The notes below the pieces were generated by a model that had not been told where the DNA came from, made no database searches, and saw only the letters and a list, made by a program, of their open reading frames with translations. Below are positions 12,462 to 22,377 of a stretch of DNA of 64,000 bases, in pieces (the stretch's first letter is position 1; each line of letters begins with the position of its first letter). This DNA is from an uncultured Gemmatimonadaceae bacterium (GTDB taxonomy: Bacteria; Gemmatimonadota; Gemmatimonadetes; Gemmatimonadales; Gemmatimonadaceae), in contig CAWHHI010000016.1 in NCBI GenBank assembly GCA_963829055.1, positions 608,001 to 672,000 on the forward strand, in the 5' to 3' direction. Made by a program: the position numbers and the translations under genes.

Positions 12462-13980
12462 CGGCGAGACGCTCGGAAGTCGGAGAGGAACTGGTCGACT
12501 ATTCGTTGGACATCGCCGGCGGGAAGTGATGCGGTGCGCGAGGCGGTGCCGCTATCTGCATTCGAATGCGACGGCTCGCCGAAGTCGACCGCACGTTTGC
12601 GCCGCCGGACGCTTCGCGCAGCGGGTCTACGTACGGCCGAATCTCTTCGCCCAGCCGCTTGATGTTTATCAGGTGAAGCGGCGTCACGTTGTCGGAGGTG
12701 ATGCTGCCGCCCCATGAGCCGGGTCCGAGCGTCATCGCCGGAGCGAAGCCGGTCGTGTAGCCCACTGCTCCGATCGCGACGTTCGAGTTCACGATGATGC
12801 GGAACGCCGGCTTCTCGGAGAAGAATCGGTCGATGACGTGCTGGTCCTGGCTGTGGATACCTAACGAGTGACCAAGGCCTCCGTACTCGAGCAACTCGAT
12901 CGCGCGCTCACAGCAGCGTTCCCAGCCGTCCTCGACGAAGAACCCCAGGACCGGGCACAGCTTCTCACGACTCAGCGGATCCTCGCGACCGACGTTCGCC
13001 AGATCCACGATCATCAGTTTCGCGTCTGGCGCGATAGCGAAGCCGGCCTTTCGCGCGATCTCCTGCGGCTGCTTACCAACGACGTCGGGATTGATGCCTT
13101 TGCCGCTCGGCGGAATCATCAGACGTTCCAGTGCGCGCTTCTCGTCCGCGTACAGAAGTGTGCCCGCTCGCGTTTGAATACGTCGCGCACTGCGCGCTCG
13201 ACGGGCGCATCGCAGACGACCGAGTTCTCCGCGGAGCAAAGCACGCCCGCGTCGAACGTCTTCCCGTCGACGACGTCTGCAACAGCCTTCTCGATTCGCG
13301 CCGTTCGCTCAATGATTGCAGGCACGTTTCCGGGTCCGACGCCGTACGCGGGCTTCCCTGCCGCGTACACCGCGCGCACCATGTCGGAACCGCCCGTGGC
13401 GAGAATGACCGCCGTGAGCTTGTGGCGCATCAAGGCGTTCGTCCCGTCCATGGTAGCCACGGTCATCGCGTTGACGAGCCCCGCCGGTGCGCCGGCGCCT
13501 AACGCAGCCGCTTCGAGAAGCCGAGCTGTCTCGACGACGCTCCTCGTCGCGCGCGGGTGCGGCGACATCACGATCGAGTTCCGCGCCTTCACCGAGATCA
13601 TTGCTTTGTAGATCGCGGTCGACGTCGGGTTCGTTGTGGGGATGATCGCTGCAACGACACCCATGGGGACGGCGAGCTCGCGGACCCTTCGCGTTCGGTC
13701 TTCGCGCAACACGCCGACGGTCTGCATCGGGCAGGATGTAGTCGAGCAGAAAGTCGGACGCGAAGCGATTCTTGATGACCTTGTGCTCGTAGACGCCCAT
13801 CCCGGTCTCGTCGACCGCCAGTCGCGCGAGTCGCTCGGCGTTCGACGACGCGGCAGCAGCCATCGCGCGAACCACGGCATCGACCTGACGTTGATCCGCC
13901 GTCGCGAACCGTCGCTGGGCGTCGGAGGCCGGCGCGACGAGGTCGCGCGCCTCCTGAACGCTCCGAAGGTCGGCGTCCAC
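12458..13980 (-). CDS. Acylating aldehyde dehydrogenase (EutE/PduP family), microcompartment-associated (about 3 frameshifts)
   Basis: Motifs DADLRSVQEARDL, AVDETGMG, PMGVVAAIIPTTNPTSTAIYK, LATGG, GVGPGNVP, catalytic GVLCSAENSV, EKLCPVL and GGSITSDNV. A C-terminal amphipathic DVQRIVDQFLSDF lies in the shifted frame. Confidence 0.9.
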
Positions 13981-13990
13981 GACTACTCGC

Positions 13991-14467
13991 TCAGGCGTTC
14001 AGCGACCGAAACGCGGCGAGCAGCTCGTCTCGGCCGGCACGCGCGACGTCACGGCCCTTGATCGGAAAGTTGTCCAGGCGGCGCGCCATTGCGCGGAGAT
14101 CGACGACGCGCGCGTTCTCGAGCGTCGCGACATCGATGCGGCCACCCTGCATGGGAACGGTGGCGGTCGGCTCGTCGTTGTCGTTCACCGCAACCGTCAT
14201 CTCCGGGTGCGGACGCGGGATGACGTGCGAGGAAATGAGATGACCGACCCGTTCGGCAGCGGACGACCCCGCGTCGACAGCCGCTTTCACCGCCGCGACT
14301 TCGCCGACGAACTTCACGGTCACGAGACCGGCGTCCGCCTTTTCGGTACCCAGCAGCCGGACGTCCGCCGCCTTGAGGCCAGCGTCAGCGGCTTCGATCG
14401 CGCCGACGAGCCCACGCGTCTCGATGAGGCCGAGCGCGCCGTAGGCCCAAGGATCAACCGGCGTCAC
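13991..14467 (-). CDS. BMC-H shell protein with C-terminal helical extension
   Basis: BMC domain [26 protein letters not shown]...[13 protein letters not shown]...HVIPRPH, plus the tail [35 protein letters not shown]. Confidence 0.93.
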   Translation of the reverse strand: MTPVDPWAYGALGLIETRGLVGAIEAADAGLKAADVRLLGTEKADAGLVTVKFVGEVAAVKAAVDAGSSAAERVGHLISSHVIPRPHPEMTVAVNDNDEPTATVPMQGGRIDVATLENARVVDLRAMARRLDNFPIKGRDVARAGRDELLAAFRSLNA

Positions 14468-14747
14468 CCGAGGGACCTTGGGGAAGGAGTGCTTCGAGCT
14501 CCGCGTGCGGACGCGGGATGACATGAACCGACACGAGCTCGCCAACGCGCTCCGCCGCCGCGGCACCGGCATCAGTCGCCGCTTTCACGGCGCCAACGTC
14601 GCCTCGCACCATTACTGTCACGTAGCCTCCACCGACCTTCTCTTTTCCAACGAGCCTGACGTTGGCCGCCTTGACCATCGCGTCGGCTGCCTCGATAGCG
14701 CCGACGAGTCCCTTCGTCTCGATCAGGCCAAGTGCGTTCTGTGCCAT
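14454..14747 (-). CDS. BMC-H shell hexamer protein (EutM/PduA/CcmK-like)
   Basis: [30 protein letters not shown]...[15 protein letters not shown]...HVIPRPH, with a GGAGGA ribosome-binding site. Confidence 0.97.
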   Translation of the reverse strand: MAQNALGLIETKGLVGAIEAADAMVKAANVRLVGKEKVGGGYVTVMVRGDVGAVKAATDAGAAAAERVGELVSVHVIPRPHAELEALLPQGPSGDAG

Positions 14748-14792
14748 CAGTCCTCCGGAACCACCAGTGAGTGCGCGATCGGCGCCGTGGCA

Positions 14793-14844
14793 CCGATGCT
14801 GGAGCATCGGCCGCGATAATGTGTGCTCCCGTTCGGTTTGTAAA
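14793..14844 (-). promoter_or_regulatory. Candidate BMC-operon promoter with a palindrome at the start site
   Basis: TTTACA-17 bp-CATTAT at 14844-14816, followed by the perfect inverted repeat CCGATGCT-GG-AGCATCGG at 14793-14810. Confidence 0.45.
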
Positions 14845-14872
14845 GATCGCGGCGTCGAAGTAGACTGTCCCC

Positions 14873-15661
14873 GTGCTCCCGTCGCCGTGCTACGTCTTCT
14901 CCGACACACACCTCGGCGCTACGTCCACCGAGGTCGAACAGCGGTTGCTCGCGTTTCTCCGGCATCTACCCGGGAGAGCGCGATCCGTCGTCATCAACGG
15001 CGATCTGTTCGAGTTCTGGTTCGAGTGGCGGTCGGTGATTCCGCGCGCGTCGTTCCGCGTGTTGGCGGCGCTGGCTGATCTCGTCGACGCGCAAATTCCC
15101 GTGTTGTGGGTCGCCGGGAATCACGACTGCTGGGGCGGCGAGGTCCTGCGCGACGACGTGGGAGTCACCTACCACGTCGGACCGTGGACGGGACAGCTCG
15201 CTGGTTGGAACAGCCGCATCGAGCACGGCGACGGTCTGCGTCAGGTCGAGGATCGGAAGTATCGGAGACTGCGCACGGTGTTGCGGCATCCCGCTTCCAT
15301 CTGGGCGTTCCGCCATCTCCTGCATCCCGACTTCGGGAGCCGGCTTGCCGCAGGGTCGTCGCACGCCAGTCGGACTTATCAGGCGCGCGACGGCGGCCGC
15401 GGGCTACGCGACGTGGCGATGAAGGAACTTGCTAGCAGCCCCGCGACGGAACTTCTCATCTACGGTCACTCGCACGTCGCTGCTCTGGAGCGCGCGCCGT
15501 CTGGCGGTGTCTACGCCAATGCTGGCTCGTGGATGAGCAGGCCCACGTTTCTACGTGTCGATACGCAACGCGTGGCACTCATGGAATGGAGCGGATCAGC
15601 CGAGGGTGAGTGTCTCGACGCACTCGATCGCCGAGCCGAGGAAGCGCTGACCAAGGCGTAG
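14873..15661 (+). CDS. lpxH: UDP-2,3-diacylglucosamine diphosphatase (LpxH-like metallophosphoesterase)
   Basis: Motifs [29 protein letters not shown] and NAGSW. Confidence 0.88.
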   Translation: MLPSPCYVFSDTHLGATSTEVEQRLLAFLRHLPGRARSVVINGDLFEFWFEWRSVIPRASFRVLAALADLVDAQIPVLWVAGNHDCWGGEVLRDDVGVTYHVGPWTGQLAGWNSRIEHGDGLRQVEDRKYRRLRTVLRHPASIWAFRHLLHPDFGSRLAAGSSHASRTYQARDGGRGLRDVAMKELASSPATELLIYGHSHVAALERAPSGGVYANAGSWMSRPTFLRVDTQRVALMEWSGSAEGECLDALDRRAEEALTKA

Positions 15662-16417
15662 GAAGTGGTCGGGCGCATCCGAGGCGATGAACCGATGTCG
15701 CCGAACAGCTGATCGGCCGATCGTTGCTTCATCCGCGAGAAGGCCACGTGTCTGGAGAATGCGTGCCGTCTCAGTCGCCGTTTCGTGCGCGCTATCGATG
15801 AGGATGACGTCTGGCCCGAGCACATCAGCGAGCAGCGGTTTTAGCAACGGATAGTGCGTGCAGCCGAGAACGAGTGTGTCGATGCCGGCAGCTTGCAGCG
15901 GCGTTAGGTATTCGCGCGCGATGAGCCGCGTCGCTTCTGTATCGAGCCAGCCCTCCTCGACGAGCGGAACGAAGAGCGGACATGCGCGTGCGACGATGTC
16001 CGCATCCGGAGCGATGGCGCGGATCGCTCGTTCGTATGCGCCGGAGCCGATCGTGCCCGACGTTCCAATGACGCCGAGCTCGAAACGGCGCGATGCGGCG
16101 ACGGCGGCTCTCGCGCCTGGCTCGACGACGCCGATCACCGGTACAGTGCACTCGCGCTGCAGTTGTGGCAGTGCGTGCGCGGTGGCGGTGTTGCAGGCGA
16201 CGACAATCGCCTTCACGTCCTGCGACATCAGGTACTCGGTGATCTCGCGGCTGTAGCGCCGCACCGTATCCGGGCTCTTGGGCCCGTATGGGACACGAGC
16301 GGTGTCACCGAAATAGATGACGCGTTCGTGCGGCAGTTGCCGCAGGACCTCGCGCACGACAGTGAGTCCGCCGATGCCGGAGTCGAAGATCCCGATTGGT
16401 GACGCTGGTGTGCTCAC
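15596..16417 (-). CDS. murI: Glutamate racemase
   Basis: Motifs IFDSGIGGLTV, GDTARVPYG, VACNTAT and LGCTHYP. Confidence 0.98.
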   Translation of the reverse strand: MSTPASPIGIFDSGIGGLTVVREVLRQLPHERVIYFGDTARVPYGPKSPDTVRRYSREITEYLMSQDVKAIVVACNTATAHALPQLQRECTVPVIGVVEPGARAAVAASRRFELGVIGTSGTIGSGAYERAIRAIAPDADIVARACPLFVPLVEEGWLDTEATRLIAREYLTPLQAAGIDTLVLGCTHYPLLKPLLADVLGPDVILIDSAHETATETARILQTRGLLADEATIGRSAVRRHRFIASDAPDHFLRLGQRFLGSAIECVETLTLG

Positions 16418-16447
16418 GACTACCTGACTGCAACCACGACTCGCGCG

Positions 16448-17080
16448 TCACCAAGGAATCGAAGCGGAGAGGACGGCACCAAACGGCAGTGCCCTGAACG
16501 ACACGTGGTCGGGCAGGTCCCAGAGTTGCGCGGACACGAACGCTTCCGCGCCCGCCAACAGGTGGTTCACAATGATCAGCGCGTAGTAGTCCTCGAGATG
16601 CTTGCGGCGCGCTTCTACACGCTCGGTTGCATAACGATTCGTCGCGTAGGTCGTGCCGACAGGGCGGCCGAGCGAATCAGTCTTGACGGTTCCGTCAGAG
16701 TTGGTCGCGTACGTGACGATCAGGCTGTCGGCTTCATGCGCCTTCGCGAAGCGAAGGTCGAACGCCGATTTCGTCGCGAGTGCGATGAACGTCACCTCGG
16801 CCGTGAAGAACAGGCCACCGGCAATGGGACGATTGAGGACGGACTGACCGTAGCCCGGCGCGACCAACGAGTAGAGGAACGCTCGCTTGGGCGATATCGG
16901 TGGGCGCACCGTATCGGGTGCCGGCGCGGCGCGCGGAGGGGCTGGCCGCCGACGCGCGCCGACGCGGGCGCTATCCACTTGTTGCGCGTCGGCCCGCCCG
17001 TATGGCACTGCGCCGAGCGCCCCAACGATCAGCGTTGCGACGACGACGCGAGCCACAACACGACGGAGAGTACCGAGCAC
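16448..17080 (-). CDS. Hypothetical membrane protein (DUF5683-like)
   Basis: Signal-like N-terminus, SPKRAFLYSLVAPGYGQ, and AEAFVSAQLWD. The start must lie downstream of tRNA-Sec (GTG at 17080 or 17056). Confidence 0.7.
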   Translation of the reverse strand: MLGTLRRVVARVVVATLIVGALGAVPYGRADAQQVDSARVGARRRPAPPRAAPAPDTVRPPISPKRAFLYSLVAPGYGQSVLNRPIAGGLFFTAEVTFIALATKSAFDLRFAKAHEADSLIVTYATNSDGTVKTDSLGRPVGTTYATNRYATERVEARRKHLEDYYALIIVNHLLAGAEAFVSAQLWDLPDHVSFRALPFGAVLSASIPW

Positions 17081-17101
17081 GAAGGAATCCGGAAAGCGGT
17101 G

Positions 17102-17198
17102 TGGCGGGAGCGTGTGGGAATCGAACCCACCCAACCCGACGGCGTCGGGTCGCATCAGTTTTGAAGACTGAGGAGACCACCAGACCCCAGCCGCCCCC
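17102..17198 (-). tRNA. selC: tRNA-Sec(TCA)
   Basis: 97 nt; 6-bp D stem with a 4-nt loop; anticodon arm TCAGT-CTTCAAA-ACTGA; long variable arm; ends GCCA. Confidence 0.95.
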
Positions 17199-17203
17199 TC
17201 GCG

Positions 17204-18241
17204 TCACCCAAGCACAATCGCGGTCTCACCTTTCGGCAGCACCTCTCCGACCTCAGCGGCACGCGGGACGCGTGCAAGATAGTCAGCCACGCGCGACGAG
17301 GGCACCGCCACGAGCAGCCCGCCCGACGTCTGAGGGTCGGTCAGCAGCGCACGGTCGGCCTCGCTCGCGACGCCCCACGTTACGAGCGGCTGCACGTAAT
17401 CGAGGTTTCTGCTCCCGCCGCCGGGTCGTGACCCACCGAGCCATGCCTCCCGCGCACCAGGGATGACCGGCACGTCGTGAACGCGGATGTAGAGCGTGAC
17501 GTCACTTGCGCGGGCAATGTGCGACGCGTGGCCGAGTAGCCCAAATCCCGTAATGTCGGTGGCGCAGCGGGAGCCAACGTCGAGAGCAACGCGACTGGGC
17601 TCCGCGTTCAACTCGCGCATGAGCGTGATCATCGCCAGCGTCGTGGCGGGGTCGAGCGTCCCTTTCTTCAACGATGTGGCCAGGATGCCGTTGCCTAACG
17701 GCTTCGTGAGGACGAGACGGTCGCCGGGCCGCGCACCCGCGTTGGTCAGCATCGTCCGCGGGTCAATGCGGCCGGTGACGGCGAGCCCGAACTTGATCTC
17801 GTCATCGACGACGGTGTGTCCGCCGATCACGTGCGCGCCTGCTTCGTGGACCTTGTCCTGTCCTCCGCGCAGGATCTCCGTGAGAACCTCGATGGGCAGT
17901 TGGCCGGTCGGGAACGCGGCGATGTTCAGGACGGTCAGCGGCGTCCCACCCATGGCGTAGATGTCCGACAGCGCATTCGCCGCGGCGACCTGCCCGAACT
18001 CGTATGGGTCGTCGACGATAGGCGCGAAGAAGTCGACCGTCTGCACGATCGCGACGTCGTCGGACACGCGAAAGACCCCCGCGTCGTCGAACGTTTCATG
18101 ACCGACGAGAATGCGCGGATCCGACTTTCGCGCGAGCGGCGCGAGCGCGTGAGACAGGTCGCCCGGACCCATCTTCGACGCTCAGCCAGCGCAGCGAGAG
18201 AAATGCGTTAGGCGAAAGATCTCAGAGCGAGAATGGGACAT
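17204..18241 (-). CDS. selD: Selenide, water dikinase, selenoprotein form (in-frame UGA at codon 20)
   Basis: ATG 18241 gives MSHSRSEIFRLTHFSRCAG-U-ASKMGPGDL, followed by DDAGV, QTVDFF, AANALSDIYAMGG, TDITGFGLLGH and DPQTSGGLL. Confidence 0.95.
18152..18184 (-). promoter_or_regulatory. Bacterial SECIS element of selD
   Basis: After the UGA come 7 nt, then a 9-bp stem AGATGGGTC/GACCTGTCT (two G-U pairs) closing the loop CGGGC. The loop begins 16 nt after the UGA. Confidence 0.7.
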
Positions 18242-18342
18242 GTCAACTGCGAGCTAGTCGCTGGTCGCTCGTGCTGGTGGCTGGTCGGACCAGCGAGAGG
18301 CGCGAGCCACCTTCGACGCGAGAGTCGTGCGCACCGATCGCT

Positions 18343-18726
18343 CTAGCCGACGAGCGCCACCGCGTCGATCTCCACCAATACTCCGCGCGGCAGCGCGGAC
18401 ACCTGCACGGTGGAACGCGCAGGCCGGGCGTCGCCGATCATGCGCCCGTACACTTCGTTGACGCGCGGGAAGTCGGCCATGTCCTGCAGGAAGACCGTCG
18501 TCTTCACGACGTGCGCCCAGCTCGTGCCGGCGGCTTCGAGCACCGCAGTGAGGTTGCGCATGACCCGCTCGGTCTGAACCGTCACGTCGCCCTGCACGAT
18601 CTGTCCGGTGGCCGGGTCCAGCGGAATCTGCCCTGCTGTGTACACGAAGTTTCCCGCCACGATCGCCTGCGAATACGGGCCGATAGCCGCAGGCGCTTTT
18701 TCGGTGTGTACGATGCGAACGCTCAC
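18343..18726 (-). CDS. ridA: RidA/YjgF family reactive-intermediate deaminase
   Basis: Motifs APAAIGPYSQA, AGQIPLDP, VVKTTVFL, PARSTVQV and VEID. Confidence 0.93.
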   Translation of the reverse strand: MSVRIVHTEKAPAAIGPYSQAIVAGNFVYTAGQIPLDPATGQIVQGDVTVQTERVMRNLTAVLEAAGTSWAHVVKTTVFLQDMADFPRVNEVYGRMIGDARPARSTVQVSALPRGVLVEIDAVALVG

Positions 18727-18735
18727 GTGATCTCC

Positions 18736-20413
18736 CTAGTCCAGCCCGACGATCGAGCCGTCGGGGCGAATGGCCATTCGCTCGGCCGCGGGCTCCTTGG
18801 GGAGCCCCGGCATGGTCATGATGTCGCCAGCCTGCGCGACAACGAAACCCGCGCCTGCAGCGGGGTACACCTCGTTCACCGTAATGCGGAAGCCGCGCGG
18901 CCGACCCAGCTTCGTCGGGTCGTCGGTCAGCGAATACTGCGTCTTCGCCATGCACACTGGCGTGTTGCCGAGACCAATGGACTCGAGATACTGGATGGAG
19001 CGGTCCGCTTTCGGGGCGTAATCGGCGCCGTCACCGCCATACACCTTCCGCACGATGGTGTCGATCTTGTCCCGAATGGGTGCGTCCGCGGAATAGATGG
19101 GCGCGAAATGGCTGCCTCCTTCACCGAGCACCGCCATGACCTCACGTGCGAGCTCGACACCGCCCTCGCCTCCTTTTTCCCACACCTCGTTCAGCGCCAC
19201 GCGCGCGCCCGTACGCTCCGCACATTCCGCGACCATCTGCAGCTCGCGATCGGTGTCGCCGGTGAATCGGTTGACGCCCACGACGACGGGGACGCCGAAT
19301 TGCCTAACGTTCTCGATGTGTCGCTCGAGATTTGGCAGCCCGCGCTCGAGCGCGCCGAGGTCCTCCGTCTTGAGCGCGTTCTTGCCGGCGCCGCCATTAA
19401 GCTTGAGCGCGCGGACGGTTGCCACGAGCACCGCGGCCTTGGGATCCAGACCGCCGAAGCGGCACTTGATGTCGAAGAACTTCTCGGCGCCGAGGTCGGA
19501 ACCGAAGCCGGCTTCGGTTACGACGACGTCTGATAGGGACAGCGCCGATCGCGTTGCGAGCACGCTGTTGCAGCCGTGCGCGATGTTGCCGAACGGCCCA
19601 GCGTGCACGAAGGCGGGACCGCCTTCCAGCGTCTGCACGAGGTTCGGCCGGATCGCATCCTTGAGCAGCATTGCCATCGCGCCGGACGCCTTGAGATCCG
19701 CTGCCCGCACCGGGCGCCGATTCGAACCAGCCGTGGACCCGACGATGATTCGACCGAGGCGCTGTTCGAGATCGGCGGCACTCGTGGCGAGCGCGACGAT
19801 CGCCATCACCTCACTCGCGGGAATGATCACCCACCGCTCTTCGCGCGCCACTCCGTTGGCGACGCCGCCGAGTCCGATGACACAATCGCGCAGCGCGCGG
19901 TCGTTCATGTCGATGGTACGCGGCCACGTGATGCGACGCGAATCGATGCCGAGCGCGTTGCCGTGGTGCAGATGGTTATCGAGCATCGCGGCGAGCAACG
20001 CGTGCGCAGTGGAAATGGCGTGGAAGTCGCCGGTGAAATGGAGATTGATATCCTCCATTGGCAACACCTGCGCGTAACCGCCACCGGCCGCGCCGCCCTT
20101 CATGCCGAACACCGGCCCGAGGCTCGGCTCACGGATGCATAACGTTGCATTCTGCCCTATACGCCGCAGCGCCTTGCGTCATTCCAACCGCGGTCGTCGT
20201 CTTCCCTTCACCTGCGACCGTCGGGTTGATACCAGTCACGAGAACGAGCTTGCCGCGCGCAGGACGCTCGGCGACATCGAGCGCGATCTTCGCCTTGTAC
20301 TTCCCGTAGAGATCCAGGTCATCGGCGCCGAGTCCGAGCTCGGCGGCAACGTCGACGATCGGCCGCAATGTCGCTTGCTGTGCGATCTCGATGTCGGACG
20401 GTACGTTCCCCAC
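18736..20413 (-). CDS. fhs: Formate--tetrahydrofolate ligase (frameshift near 20174)
   Basis: Motifs [69 protein letters not shown] and IMTMPGLP. Confidence 0.95.
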
Positions 20414-20508
20414 TGATCCTCCGCTCGTGCTGGTGAGTCATGGACGTGTTCGCGCGTCAGGGCGCGTTCACGTCACGGCCGGTGGAAGTCGGTCGCGCGG
20501 CGCAGATA

Positions 20509-21309
20509 CTACGAGCGCGAGTCGGGCATCGCCAGCCCGAAGAGACGTGACGTGTTCTCCGCTGTACGTTCGGCAAGAACGTCGGGCGCGGTTCCACGGA
20601 CCACGGCGAGTCGCTCGATCGTGCGAGGGACAAACGAGGGCTCGTTGCGTTTGCCTCGGAACGGCACCGGCGCGAGATAGGGCGCGTCCGATTCGACGAG
20701 CAAGCGATCCTCAGGCACGAGTTGCAGAAGGGCGACGTCGTCCCACTTCTTGAACGTCACGATCCCGCTGAAGGAGACATACCAGCCGGCTGCAATGGCC
20801 AGCTCTGCAACAGTTCGCGGGCCCGTGAAGCAATGAAGGACGCCTCGCACTCCACCCGACGCCGCGGTCGAGATCAGCGCCGAGATGTCAGCGTCGGCCT
20901 CGCGCGAATGGACGACGACGGGCGTCCGCAATTCGGCGGCGAGCACGAGCTGCGCCTCGAAGGCCGCGATCTGCGCGTCGCGCGGAGAGTGATCGTAGTG
21001 GTAGTCGAGACCACATTCGCCGACCGCGACTGCCCCCCGCGCGATGTGCCGACGGATGGCCTCGATGTCTCGTGCGGCGTCGAAGGTGACAGCGTCGTGC
21101 GGATGAATGCCCGCGGTGTGATGGACGAACCCGCGATGCGATTCAGCTATCAGGAACGCACGATCGGCGGCCGCGATGGACTCTCCAATTGATACGACGG
21201 CCATTGCGCCGGCGTCGCGGGCGCGGGCGATGGTCTCCTCGCGATCGGCATCGAACGCAGGATCGGCGAGGTGCGCGTGACTATCGATAAAGCGCATAGA
21301 TGCAAACAC
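20509..21309 (-). CDS. tatD: TatD family hydrolase
   Basis: Motifs DSHAHL, GIHPHD, GECGLDYHYD, HSREA, LHCFTG and ESDAPYLAP. Alternative start at 21297. Confidence 0.95.
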   Translation of the reverse strand: MFASMRFIDSHAHLADPAFDADREETIARARDAGAMAVVSIGESIAAADRAFLIAESHRGFVHHTAGIHPHDAVTFDAARDIEAIRRHIARGAVAVGECGLDYHYDHSPRDAQIAAFEAQLVLAAELRTPVVVHSREADADISALISTAASGGVRGVLHCFTGPRTVAELAIAAGWYVSFSGIVTFKKWDDVALLQLVPEDRLLVESDAPYLAPVPFRGKRNEPSFVPRTIERLAVVRGTAPDVLAERTAENTSRLFGLAMPDSRS

Positions 21310-21344
21310 CGCCGCGGTAGCGCGGCGGTGTCGGCAAGCGTGGG

Positions 21345-22377
21345 TCAGCGCGTGGCGGCGCCTTCGGTCGGACGAGGACGAGGCGTGCGCTCACCGGCTG
21401 GTAACTCGGCGGTGCGGGATGCGCGCACGGTGGCCTTACCGCTCGCCTTGTCGGAGGAGACGGAGCGCGGCCATTTGTGCTCGATCCACAGCAGCAACGG
21501 CGACGCGACATAGATCGAGCTGAACGTCGCGACGAAGATGCCGAACGCCATGACGATGGCGAACGGCTGGATCACTTCGCCCGCGAAGAAGAGAAGCGCG
21601 AGCGTCGCGGCGAGGGTCGTCGCGTGCGTCAGCACCGAACGCGGCAGCGTCTCGTTGATGGATCGGTTCAGCACGTCGTAGAGCGGCGACTTCCGATCCT
21701 TCTTCAAGTTCTCACGGACGCGATCGAAGATGATGATCGTGTCGTTGCCGGAGTAGCCAAGCAGAGTGAGGATAGCCGCGACGATCGTGAGTGATACCTC
21801 GATGTGCAGCAACTTGATGAACGCCAGCGTCACGAGGACGTCGTGCGCTGTCGACAACACGGCCGCGACGCCGAACCGCCATTCGAATCGTATGGCCAGA
21901 TAGACGAGCGTCACGAGCGACGCGAGCAACATTGCGATGCCAGCGTTTCGACTCAACTCGGCGCCGACGCGTGGCCCGACCGCTTCGGTGCGAACGACGC
22001 GGTAGGCGTTCGCGCCGAACTCCTTCGTCAGCGCGTCCTGCACGCGCTGGGCGACGCTTTCCGCTCCGCTCGCCTGTTGCGCGACGTCGCGCCGATCCTG
22101 CGCGCGCACGGTGAACTCGCTGTCCGAACCGAACTGCTGGATCTCCGCGCCGCGTGACGCCGGCGCGGTCCAGCGTGGAGCGGATGCGGCCCGCGTCAGC
22201 AGCCTTCGTGAACTGCAGCTGCATGAGTGTGCCGCCAGTGAACTCGATGCTGTAGTTCACGCCACCACGAATGGCGAAGCTAGCGAGCCCGGCGAGGATG
22301 AAGGCCGCGGTGACGCCGGCCGCCCAGCGCCACCACTTGATGAAATCGAAATTCGTGTCGTGTAGGATGCGTAGCAT
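21345..22377 (-). CDS. secF: Protein translocase subunit SecF (frameshift near 22153)
   Basis: Motifs NYSIEFTGG, VGPRVGAEL, YLAIRFEW, GYSGNDTIIIFDRVREN and SINETLPRS. Confidence 0.95.

Noticed and set aside
18253..18286. Degenerate heptamer run (GCTGGTC-like) between ridA and selD
   Set aside because: It is short, imperfect and a single instance, so no function can be supported.
20414..20508. Possible ZTP or THF riboswitch upstream of fhs
   Set aside because: I found only a weak hairpin and no recognisable consensus. An Rfam scan would settle it.
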